Assembly (NCBI GenBank): GCA_038874215.1 | Contig: JAVZCV010000008.1 | Location: forward strand, 1-38,026 | Length of the DNA stretch: 38,026 nucleotides | Direction: 5' to 3' | Source: Candidatus Micrarchaeia archaeon | GTDB lineage: Archaea > Micrarchaeota > Micrarchaeia > Burarchaeales > JAVZCV01 | Part shown: in pieces, positions 30,452-38,026 of the stretch | Position numbering within the stretch: the first letter of the stretch is position 1 | Layout: each line of letters starts with the position of its first letter | Notes under the pieces: generated by a model | What the model was told of the DNA's origin: nothing | The model's database searches: none | Seen by the model: only the letters and a program-made list of their open reading frames with translations | Program-made: the position numbers and the translations under genes

Positions 30452-31075
30452 CTACTTTTCCTCCCTCACATACTTGACGCGCCTTCCCTCTATTATGAAC
30501 TTTCCTTTTGAGAACATGTCAACGACTTTTGGGAGGCCAATGTGTTCCCGCTCAAGTATCTTGGCCGCAACCTCATCAGTCGTGTTACAGTCAGATATGT
30601 CAACAGCCTCCTGGTATATCACAGGACCCATATCAAGGCTCTCATCAACAAAATGTATCGTGTAGCCCGAAACCTTCGCCCCATACTCAAACGCATCTCT
30701 CTGCGCATGCGCGCCAGGGAAGGCGGGCATAAGCGAGGGATGGATGTTTATTATTTTACCGAAGTAATCGTGGAGGAATTCCTTTTCCTTTATTATTCTC
30801 ATGTAGCCCGCAAGGACTACGAGGTCAACCCGAAGTTCATCAAGCTTTTTCCTTATCGCCCTATCATGGTCAAGCCTATCAGCAAATTCCTTTGGGCTGA
30901 TTATGAAATATGGTATTTTGTGCTTTTTTGCCCGCTCTATCGCCTTTGCATTCGGGTTGTCTGTTATGAGGGCGACTATCTCTGCGTTAACCTCTCCCCT
31001 CTCAACACCATCTATTATTGATTGAAAGTCGGTCCCGCGCCCGCTTGCGAGGACGGCAACGCGTATTTTTGGCAT
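30452..31075 (-). CDS. purN: Phosphoribosylglycinamide formyltransferase
   Basis: LASGRGTD, LAGYMRI, INIHPSL and TIHFVDESLDMGP motifs. Confidence 0.96.
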   Translation of the reverse strand: MPKIRVAVLASGRGTDFQSIIDGVERGEVNAEIVALITDNPNAKAIERAKKHKIPYFIISPKEFADRLDHDRAIRKKLDELRVDLVVLAGYMRIIKEKEFLHDYFGKIINIHPSLMPAFPGAHAQRDAFEYGAKVSGYTIHFVDESLDMGPVIYQEAVDISDCNTTDEVAAKILEREHIGLPKVVDMFSKGKFIIEGRRVKYVREEK

Positions 31076-31095
31076 AAAGAGAGTTTGGCATTAAG

Positions 31096-31668
31096 TTATA
31101 AATTCGTATGCGAGGATCGCACATCTAGTATTCTTTTTTCTGTTATTATTTTATCAACAGGTACATCATGCTCCTCTCGCGGTATTCTGAAGACGACTTG
31201 GAACTCAAACGCAAGCCCTATGAAAGGGGCTTTTATTTTTTTGAGAAGCTTGTCAAAATAACCGTGGCCGTGCCCAAGCCGTGTTCCCTCAATATCAAAC
31301 GCAACTCCCGGCACTACTGCAAGCTCTATTTCTTCTGGCGAAACTTGGTGAATGTGCATCGGCTCGTATATTCCGTGAGCGCCCTTGCGGAGCTCGCGCA
31401 TGTTTTTCAAAAGCGAGAGTTTTAGCTCGCCTGTTTCCGTATCCGTTATCGGCACAACAACCCGCTTCCCGAGCGCAACCGCCCTCTCTATCATTTCGTG
31501 TGTCTGAACCTCCTCCTCGTAAGAGATGTACATGAGTATTGTTTTTGCGTGCTTGAATTCTGGAAGGCTAAAAAGGCGCTGCATTATCAGCTCGCTCTTC
31601 CTTCTCCTCTCTTCTAAGGAATGCGCCTGCCTCCTTTTCCTAATTTTTTCCCTTATCGCATGTTTCAT
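31096..31668 (-). CDS. fau: 5-formyltetrahydrofolate cyclo-ligase
   Basis: EVQT, GIYEP, VPGVAFD and RLGHGHGYFD motifs. Confidence 0.94.
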   Translation of the reverse strand: MKHAIREKIRKRRQAHSLEERRRKSELIMQRLFSLPEFKHAKTILMYISYEEEVQTHEMIERAVALGKRVVVPITDTETGELKLSLLKNMRELRKGAHGIYEPMHIHQVSPEEIELAVVPGVAFDIEGTRLGHGHGYFDKLLKKIKAPFIGLAFEFQVVFRIPREEHDVPVDKIITEKRILDVRSSHTNL

Positions 31669-31676
31669 ATTATCAT

Positions 31677-32927
31677 CTACTGCGCAACTCGTGGTTTATG
31701 CCCCTTCGCCTCGCAAAGCATGTAGATAGAGCCTGTCACAAGAACCATGTCGTCAGGGCGCGCTTCGGAGAGCGCATACTTTATTGAGTTTCTTACGTTT
31801 TCAACTATTTTTATTCTTTTGCAGAATGCGCTTGCGAGCCTTGCTATCTCCTTTGGCTCTGCCGCCCTATCAACAGACGGCCTATTAACTACCACGAGGT
31901 GTGCAAGCGGTGCGAGCTGTGCGAGAAAGCCGCCCATATCTTTATCCCTCATCATCCCTACAACGAGTATAAGTTTTTTATATTCAAAATCAGTGAGCGC
32001 TTTTCTCACTGCTTTTGCTGCGGGCGTGTTGTGCGCCCCGTCAAAAACGAGCATCGGCTTTTTTCTTACAATCTCAAGCCTCCCGTGCAGTTTTGTTTTC
32101 GCAAGCCCCTTTTCAACAGATTCTTTTGTTATTTTTGCGCCCGATGCCTCAACGGCGCATACGGCTGTTGCGGCATTCATTCTTTGGTGCTCGCCGAGAA
32201 GGTTAAGGTGGATGCGGTATTTTTCCCTGCCGAATATGAAAAATTCATCTGGCGATTCGCTTTCTTGTATTTTTACATCTCTGCCAACTATGAGAAGGGG
32301 TGAGTTTTTTTGCCTGCATATTTTCCTGAAAACATCAAGGACCGACCTCTTTTTTTCTGCTGTAACGAGCGGAATGCCTTTCTTTATTATTCCCGCCTTC
32401 TCCCATGCTATCTTTCTTATGCTTCTCCCGAGTATGTCGGTGTGGTCGTAATCAACATTCGTTATTACTGAGGCGCACGGCATTATGGTGTTGGTCGCAT
32501 CAAGCCTCCCGCCGAGGCCCGTCTCAACAACCGCATAATCAACAGATTTTTCAGCGAAATGCATGAAGGCGAGGGCCGTTGTTGCCTCAAACATCGTTAC
32601 TGGAATGTTTTGTTTTTTTATTTTTGAAAATATCCGAACAAAATCCACTTTGTCTATTCTCTTCCCATTAATCCTTATGCGCTCCCTGAAATCCGTGATG
32701 TGGGGCGACGTGTACGTGCCTACAGAATAGCCAGACTCTATGAGTATGGATGATATCATCTCAACCGTTGAGCCCTTCCCATTCGTGCCAGCAACATGTA
32801 TTGATTTGAAAGAACTCTGGGGATTCCCGAGTGAATCAAGAAGGTGCGCTATATTCTTCAAATTTAGGACGAATTTTTTTGGCGCAAGCGCATAAATCTC
32901 GTCAAGGGATTTCTCGTATTCTTTCAT
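31677..32927 (-). CDS. folC: Folylpolyglutamate synthase/dihydrofolate synthase
   Basis: IHVAGTNGKGS, YTSPH, ETGLGGRLDATN, DHT, DGAHN and TGSIY motifs. Confidence 0.96.
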   Translation of the reverse strand: MKEYEKSLDEIYALAPKKFVLNLKNIAHLLDSLGNPQSSFKSIHVAGTNGKGSTVEMISSILIESGYSVGTYTSPHITDFRERIRINGKRIDKVDFVRIFSKIKKQNIPVTMFEATTALAFMHFAEKSVDYAVVETGLGGRLDATNTIMPCASVITNVDYDHTDILGRSIRKIAWEKAGIIKKGIPLVTAEKKRSVLDVFRKICRQKNSPLLIVGRDVKIQESESPDEFFIFGREKYRIHLNLLGEHQRMNAATAVCAVEASGAKITKESVEKGLAKTKLHGRLEIVRKKPMLVFDGAHNTPAAKAVRKALTDFEYKKLILVVGMMRDKDMGGFLAQLAPLAHLVVVNRPSVDRAAEPKEIARLASAFCKRIKIVENVRNSIKYALSEARPDDMVLVTGSIYMLCEAKGHKPRVAQ

Positions 32928-33755
32928 TCAACCACGAGCCCGCGCGAGCTCAACAAGGTTTCTCATGAGCATCGCAACGGTCATAGGGCCTACTCCGCCT
33001 GGCACGGGCGTTATCGCATACGCTTTTTCCTTTACTGCCTCAAAATCAACATCCCCAACGAGCTTGCCTTCAAGCCTGTTTATCCCGACGTCTATAACAA
33101 CTGCGCCGCTTTTCACCATGTCCGCAGTTATAAACTTTGGTTTGCCTACGGCTGCTACGAGTATGTCTGCGTTTCTCGTGTGCGCTTCAAGGTTTCTCGT
33201 CTTGCTATGGCAAACCGTAACGGTTGCATTCCTTGCGAGAAGCATTAGGGAAACAGGCTTCCCAACGATGTTGCTCCTGCCTACAACAACCGCATTTTTT
33301 CCCTGTATCTCGTAGTTTATTGAGTCTAAGAGGGCAATTATTCCTCTTGGGGTGCACGGCTTTACTCCTTCCTCCCCGCGCAAAAGCCTTCCGAGGTTTA
33401 TTGGATGGATTCCATCAACATCTTTTGATGGGTTTATTGATGTTATGACTTTCTCTTCGTTTATATGCTCTGGGAGGGGAAGCTGCACGAGTATGCCATC
33501 AATTTTCTCATCCCCGTTTAGATGGCTTATTACAGACACCACTTCTTCCTCAGAAACATCTGCTGGAAGCTCTATCGTCTTGTGGAGCACGCCTATCCGC
33601 TCGCATGCCTTTTCCTTGTTTTTTACATATGTTCTTGATGCTGGGTCGTCGCCTACAAGCACAACTGCAAGCTGGGGCTTTCTTTTAAGCATGAAGGCCT
33701 CGTTTTTAACCTCTTCAAGGATTCTTTCCGAAAGCGCCTTCCCATCTATTATCAA
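32928..33755 (-). CDS. folD: Methylenetetrahydrofolate dehydrogenase/cyclohydrolase
   Basis: YVKNK, GILVQLP, KDVDG, PCTP, GRSNIVGKP and TPVPGGVGPMT motifs. Confidence 0.97.
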   Translation of the reverse strand: MIIDGKALSERILEEVKNEAFMLKRKPQLAVVLVGDDPASRTYVKNKEKACERIGVLHKTIELPADVSEEEVVSVISHLNGDEKIDGILVQLPLPEHINEEKVITSINPSKDVDGIHPINLGRLLRGEEGVKPCTPRGIIALLDSINYEIQGKNAVVVGRSNIVGKPVSLMLLARNATVTVCHSKTRNLEAHTRNADILVAAVGKPKFITADMVKSGAVVIDVGINRLEGKLVGDVDFEAVKEKAYAITPVPGGVGPMTVAMLMRNLVELARARG

Positions 33756-33764
33756 ATAGACACC

Positions 33765-35015
33765 TCATATTTTAAGCTCTGGGTAGAGTGGGAACTGGGC
33801 GCACAGCTCAAGCACTTCTTCCCTTACCGATTTTATTATGCTCTCGTCTGTTGGGTTTGAAAGCACGCGGGAGATCATTGTTGCTATCTCATGCATCTCA
33901 CCCTCCTTCATCCCGCGCGTTGTGAGTGCTGGCGTGCCGAGCCTTATGCCGCTCGCTATGAATGGGCTCTGGGTGTCAAATGGTATTGTGTTTTTGTTTA
34001 CTGTTATCCCCGCCCTTTCAAGAAGAAGTTGCGCATCCTTCCCCGTTATTCCCTTGTTTGTCAAATCAATGAGCACGAGGTGCGTGTCCGTCCCTCCCGA
34101 AACGAGCCTGCAACCATTCTCTATGAGGCCGTCCGCAAGCGCTCTGGCATTTTTTACTATCTGGTGCGCATACTCACGGAATTCTGGGGTCATCGCTTCC
34201 TTGAAGCAGACGGCTTTTGCGGCTATGCAGTGCTCAAAAGGCCCTCCCTGCATCCCAGGAAAAACTGCCTTGTCAACAGCCTTTGCGTGCTTCTCCTTGC
34301 AGAGGATAACAGCACCCCTTGGGCCTCTCAGCGTTTTGTGCGTAGTTGTAGTAACCACGTCTGCATAAGGGACGGGCGAGGGGTGGGCTCCGCCAACAAC
34401 CATTCCTGCTATGTGCGCTATGTCCGCCATCATGTATGCGCCCACTTCATCGCATATCTCCTTGAATGCCTTGAAATCTATCTTCCTTGGGTATGCCGTA
34501 TAGCCGCAGAGTATGAGCTTGGGTTTCTCCTCTCTTGCTTTTTTTAGTATTGCGTCGTAATCAAGCATCTCTGTTTCCTTGTCAACACCATATGGAATAA
34601 CCTTGTACCATTTGCCCGAGAAATTCACGGGACTGCCGTGCGTTAGATGGCCTCCGTGCGAAAGCTCCATTGCCATTATCTTGTCCCCTATTTCAAGAAG
34701 TGCGAAGAACGCCTCCATGTTTGCCTGCGAGCCAGCAAGCGGCTGGACGTTTGCATGCTCTGCTCCAAATAGCTTCTTTGCCCGCTCTATCGCAAGCGAC
34801 TCAACAACGTCTATGAATTCGTTGCCCCCGTAATAACGCTTCCCAGGATAGCCCTCTGCATACTTGTTATTCAAGACCGTCCCGAGAGCCTCAAGCACTG
34901 CAAGGCTTGGAAAGTTCTCTGACGGTATCATTTCAAGGCCGTTCCTCTGCCTTTCAAGCTCTTTAACGACGGCGCTGAATATTTCTGGGTCGCAGCGTGC
35001 AAGGTTCCCAAGCAT
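33765..35015 (-). CDS. glyA: Serine hydroxymethyltransferase (bacterial-type)
   Basis: [37 protein letters not shown] (PLP Lys) and SGIRLGTP motifs. Start ATG 35015. Confidence 0.97.
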   Translation of the reverse strand: MLGNLARCDPEIFSAVVKELERQRNGLEMIPSENFPSLAVLEALGTVLNNKYAEGYPGKRYYGGNEFIDVVESLAIERAKKLFGAEHANVQPLAGSQANMEAFFALLEIGDKIMAMELSHGGHLTHGSPVNFSGKWYKVIPYGVDKETEMLDYDAILKKAREEKPKLILCGYTAYPRKIDFKAFKEICDEVGAYMMADIAHIAGMVVGGAHPSPVPYADVVTTTTHKTLRGPRGAVILCKEKHAKAVDKAVFPGMQGGPFEHCIAAKAVCFKEAMTPEFREYAHQIVKNARALADGLIENGCRLVSGGTDTHLVLIDLTNKGITGKDAQLLLERAGITVNKNTIPFDTQSPFIASGIRLGTPALTTRGMKEGEMHEIATMISRVLSNPTDESIIKSVREEVLELCAQFPLYPELKI

Positions 35016-35029
35016 ATGCCACCACCATC

Positions 35030-35326
35030 CTATGCACTTCCTGTGCATTTTCCAGAAGTGATGCAAACGAAGATTGCCCAGACCAAGAAAACTGGGGTGA
35101 GCATTAATATTCCGAGAAGGATGCTGCTCTCAACAAGCCCTTCCGTTGTGAGTTGAATGAACGGCTCCCCATTCAGGAATGCAACTAAATGGTCAACAGC
35201 AACCATTATTGAAACACCCCAGAGCATGAGTGCGAGCATGCCTATGCGGTATTTCCGAAGGTTTTTCAGCAGGAGGTATGCGGAAGAGGCTAGGAGCGCT
35301 GAGACGAGAGAAACAACAAGCCACAT
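35030..35326 (-). CDS. Small 3-TM hypothetical membrane protein
   Basis: GGTGA RBS; LMLWG...VDH motif; TTG start. Confidence 0.7.
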   Translation of the reverse strand: MWLVVSLVSALLASSAYLLLKNLRKYRIGMLALMLWGVSIMVAVDHLVAFLNGEPFIQLTTEGLVESSILLGILMLTPVFLVWAIFVCITSGKCTGSA

Positions 35327-35335
35327 TTTCTCACC

Positions 35336-35668
35336 TCACAGCCTAACAGCAGGCATTTTCTCTGCAGCGATTATTTTTTCATACACGAAAACCAATATTG
35401 CCCAGAAAGCTATCAATGCGAGCGTCATCGGTATCCCGACTGTTGCCATCTCGTTGAGCATCACTGCAGTATCCTCTGCGCTCGCCATCGCAGTAAGGAA
35501 AGGCGGCCACGGAACGATTTCTCCGTGGGCGATGTGCTCCACGGTAAGAGCAAGGGAGCTGCCCCACACCATCGCATTGAGCCAATCTATGTGCCATTTC
35601 TCGGGAAATCTTTTTCTCAGCAGGGTTGTCATCAACCCTACAGAAGCTGCTACGAGATAACAAGCCAT
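35336..35668 (-). CDS. Small 3-TM hypothetical membrane protein
   Basis: MACYLV start; MVWG...VEHIAHGEIVPWPPFLTAM motif. Confidence 0.75.
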   Translation of the reverse strand: MACYLVAASVGLMTTLLRKRFPEKWHIDWLNAMVWGSSLALTVEHIAHGEIVPWPPFLTAMASAEDTAVMLNEMATVGIPMTLALIAFWAILVFVYEKIIAAEKMPAVRL

Positions 35669-35716
35669 GTACCCACCGCTAAACAAACGAATAAAAGTAA
35701 TAAAAATTCTCTGTTG

Positions 35717-36121
35717 CTATTCAAAGCGTATCGTCTCTTCAAGAGCCTTGTTTATCTTGTCCTCACTCTCGCTGCCGAAATAGTAGAGGTGGCTCTCGCA
35801 TTCGCACTCGCAGTCTGGGCAGTCAAAACCAGGGACGTGCCCTTCTGAAACCTCTGCGAGTTTTTTGACAAAATCGCATGCGCCCGCCTTAACATTCTCA
35901 AAAGTCTTAACCCCCACAACCTCTGCGTTTTCTATCAGGAAATCTATGGGCCAATGCTTCCTCCTTTTCATTTTTAGGTGCCTGTCTATGCGCTTCTCAA
36001 GGTCGTTTGGCGCATAGCCTACATAGACGTAGAGCCCTGGCTGGAAATTGGTTTTCTGCCTCCCTATCATTATCGTTTTGCTCTCATTAACCAATAGGTA
36101 GAGGAGATATGTTCCAGCCAT
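35717..36121 (-). CDS. GIY-YIG/Uri-superfamily nuclease (DUF123-like)
   Basis: GTYLL, GLYVYVG, RIDRH, HWPIDFL and GF-x-CPDC-x-C-x-CESHL motifs. Start overlaps the nth stop. Confidence 0.85.
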   Translation of the reverse strand: MAGTYLLYLLVNESKTIMIGRQKTNFQPGLYVYVGYAPNDLEKRIDRHLKMKRRKHWPIDFLIENAEVVGVKTFENVKAGACDFVKKLAEVSEGHVPGFDCPDCECECESHLYYFGSESEDKINKALEETIRFE

Positions 36122-36789
36122 CACGCACACCCTCTAACGCTCGTTGCAACTCCAACAACGAAATTTTTCTTCGCATAATCGCAGAAACGCGAAACCCTGC
36201 AGATGCCACAGCGGGGATTTCTTGGCAGGCAGATAGACTGGCCGAATTTAACGAGAAGGTCATTGAACTCACGCCAGTGTTTTTTTGGCAGTTTTTCAAT
36301 AAGCTCCATCTCTGTTTCCTCTGGCTTTTTTGTCTTAACAAGCCCGAGCCTATTTGATATTCTGTGAACATGGGTGTCAACAGCTATCGCATCCTTTCCA
36401 AACCCATATGCGAGGACGCAGTTTGCCGTCTTCCTCCCAACGCCAGGCAGGGATAAGAGCTCTTCAAAATTTTCTGGCGTTTTTCCTCCATATTTTTCTG
36501 AGATTATTTTTGATATTTCTTTTATTCTTCTCGCCTTAACCTTGTAAAAGCCGCTTGGCTTTATCAGTTTCTCTATTTCTTTCAAATCCGCATGAGCGAT
36601 TTCTAGGGGAGTTTGGTAAATAGAGAAAAGCCTTTCTGATGCGAGGGCTGTGTTTTCATCTCTCGTTCTTTGAGAGAGTACTGTGCTTATGAGAACGCGG
36701 AATGGGTCTCTGTGCATGACTACTGGCGAGAATATACCTACGTGTTCCCTTATGCAATCCACTAATTTTTCTATATCTTTTCCATCCAC
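36121..36789 (-). CDS. nth: Endonuclease III
   Basis: LSQRTRD, Hh[16 protein letters not shown] and the 4Fe-4S motif C-x6-C-x2-C-x5-C. Confidence 0.96.
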   Translation of the reverse strand: MDGKDIEKLVDCIREHVGIFSPVVMHRDPFRVLISTVLSQRTRDENTALASERLFSIYQTPLEIAHADLKEIEKLIKPSGFYKVKARRIKEISKIISEKYGGKTPENFEELLSLPGVGRKTANCVLAYGFGKDAIAVDTHVHRISNRLGLVKTKKPEETEMELIEKLPKKHWREFNDLLVKFGQSICLPRNPRCGICRVSRFCDYAKKNFVVGVATSVRGCA

Positions 36790-36799
36790 GCTCCCACGC

Positions 36800-37246
36800 T
36801 CATTTCAGTTTTTTCAGAACATCCTCAAAGGCATGGATATCGTTGAATGAGAGATACACCGATGCAAACCGTATGTATGCGACTTTGTCAAGTTTTTTCA
36901 GCTTGTTCATAACCATGTTGCCTATCACCCGGCTTTCTATCTCGTCCTTTTCAGAGCGCCTTAGTGCGCTCTCTATGCTATCAACGATTTTCTCTATCGT
37001 CTCTCTGCTTATAGGTCTTTTCTCGCATGCACGCAGGATGCCACGCATGAGCTTTTCCCTATCAAACCTCTCCCTGCGCCCATCCTTCTTTATTACCATT
37101 ATATCGGCAGTAACAACAGCTTCGTGCGTAGTAAACCGCTTCCCACACCGCAAACACTGCCTTCGTCGCCTTGTTATTTTCAGGTCATTGGTGTCCCGAG
37201 AGTCAACAACTTTCGTGTCAGCGTATGTGCAATAGGGACATCTCAT
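36800..37246 (-). CDS. nrdR: Transcriptional repressor NrdR
   Basis: MRCPYC...VVDSR...[15 protein letters not shown] Zn ribbon; ATP cone [27 protein letters not shown]. Confidence 0.96.
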   Translation of the reverse strand: MRCPYCTYADTKVVDSRDTNDLKITRRRRQCLRCGKRFTTHEAVVTADIMVIKKDGRRERFDREKLMRGILRACEKRPISRETIEKIVDSIESALRRSEKDEIESRVIGNMVMNKLKKLDKVAYIRFASVYLSFNDIHAFEDVLKKLK

Positions 37247-37374
37247 CCGTATTTAAAACGATGAACTCTTTATTAAACCTTTTGATTTTTTTGGTAAAAA
37301 TGCGGTACGAAAATAGAACCTCGGCGCACCAAACCCGCCCAAACAAGAAATACGGGTTTTATAATTCGCATATT

Positions 37375-38026
37375 TTCACAGTTCCCTTTCCATCGGGACT
37401 GGTTTTCTAACTGATAAATGATGATTACTATGAAGCAGAAGAATATGCAAGTCACAGTTCCCTTTCCATCGGGACTGGTTTTCTAACTCAGTAAAGGATG
37501 ACCTTAAGTTGGAGGTCGTCCTTGATCTGTCACAGTTCCCTTTCCATCGGGACTGGTTTTCTAACTTTTACGTCGTTACAGCGCGACGTGACGAAGAACT
37601 TTGTCACAGTTCCCTTTCCATCGGGACTGGTTTTCTAACTAGAATGCCTGTTAAAACCTCAGGAGCTCCTGATGAGTCACAGTTCCCTTTCCATCGGGAC
37701 TGGTTTTCTAACTTGAGTTAGAGCTCGTCATCGATCTCGGTTTTGATGACCGGTCACAGTTCCCTTTCCATCGGGACTGGTTTTCTAACTGATAAATGAT
37801 GATTACTATGAAGCAGAAGAATATGCAAGTCACAGTTCCCTTTCCATCGGGACTGGTTTTCTAACAACCTATCACTTTTCTGACAATTTTAAATTTCAAT
37901 TTCACAAGTCACAGTTCCCTTTCCATCGGGACTGGTTTTCTAACGGTTGCGGGCTAACCCGAAACCACACCATGTGTGGAGGAGTCACAGTTCCCTTTCC
38001 ATCGGGACTGGTTTTCTAACAAACTG
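37375..38026 (-). CRISPR. CRISPR array with a 37-bp repeat, 9 repeats and 8 full spacers, truncated by the window end; probably transcribed on the - strand (trailer end shown)
   Basis: Repeat GTCACAGTTCCCTTTCCATCGGGACTGGTTTTCTAAC at 37375 (first base G>T), 37451, 37529, 37603, 37676, 37753, 37829, 37908 and 37984. Spacer lengths 39, 41, 37, 36, 40, 39, 42 and 39 nt. Strand inferred from the degenerate leftmost repeat and the GTT...GGGAACTGTGAC form of the reverse complement. Confidence 0.97.

Noticed and set aside
35717-36121. GIY-YIG gene as a homing endonuclease or mobile element
   Set aside because: Short DUF123-type protein coupled to nth, a known repair context; no intron, intein or flanking repeats.
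37509-37721. 70-aa ORF across the CRISPR array (also 37273-37455 and 37171-37410)
   Set aside because: Translation of repeats and spacers (SQFPFHRDWFSN recurs); not a gene.
37640-37983. Hammerhead ribozyme fragments: CTGATGA at the end of spacer 4 and GAAAC-stem in spacer 8
   Set aside because: The motifs are in different spacers; in spacer 8 the stem after GAAA is followed by A rather than the required U-H, and in spacer 4 the CTGA is inside a palindrome.
37412-37983. Self-targeting spacers
   Set aside because: No spacer match noticed elsewhere in this window by eye; the rest of the genome was not available.
37375-38026. Cas14/Cas12f-type assignment suggested by the DPANN host and 37-nt repeat
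   Set aside because: No cas or tracrRNA-like anti-repeat seen in the window, and repeat shape plus spacer length variation fit a Cas6-processed array better. Cannot be excluded without flanking sequence.

Overview
Gene-dense chromosomal segment from an archaeon. The gene set (DUF424, TruD, CDC48, DtdA, Lhr, class III signal-peptide pilins, KaiC-like ATPases) and GGTGA-type RBSs fit a DPANN/Micrarchaeota-like organism; this lineage call is inference. Left to right: a glycosyltransferase/membrane cluster; truD; topA, a truncated NFACT protein, cdc48 and an M50 protease; six prepilin-like genes, a large coiled-coil surface protein and a secretion ATPase/KaiC-like/DUF2085/MinD run; dtdA, lhr and a wHTH/KaiC-like module; two AT-rich intergenic regions sharing motifs; a bacterial-type folate/C1 cluster (glyA-folD-folC-fau-purN) preceded by nrdR, nth and a GIY-YIG gene; and the trailer end of a CRISPR array (37-bp repeat, 9 copies, cut by the window edge, no cas genes visible). 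Most striking signal: 5 of the 7 distinct spacers fold into local hairpins on the + strand (three with G-U pairs) while also having open reading frames, and two of them are 20/25 nt identical with a conserved peptide. This is what would be expected if a type III-like array targeted a diversified family of structured, protein-coding single-stranded (possibly RNA) elements in an archaeal host. This is a hypothesis that needs database searches.
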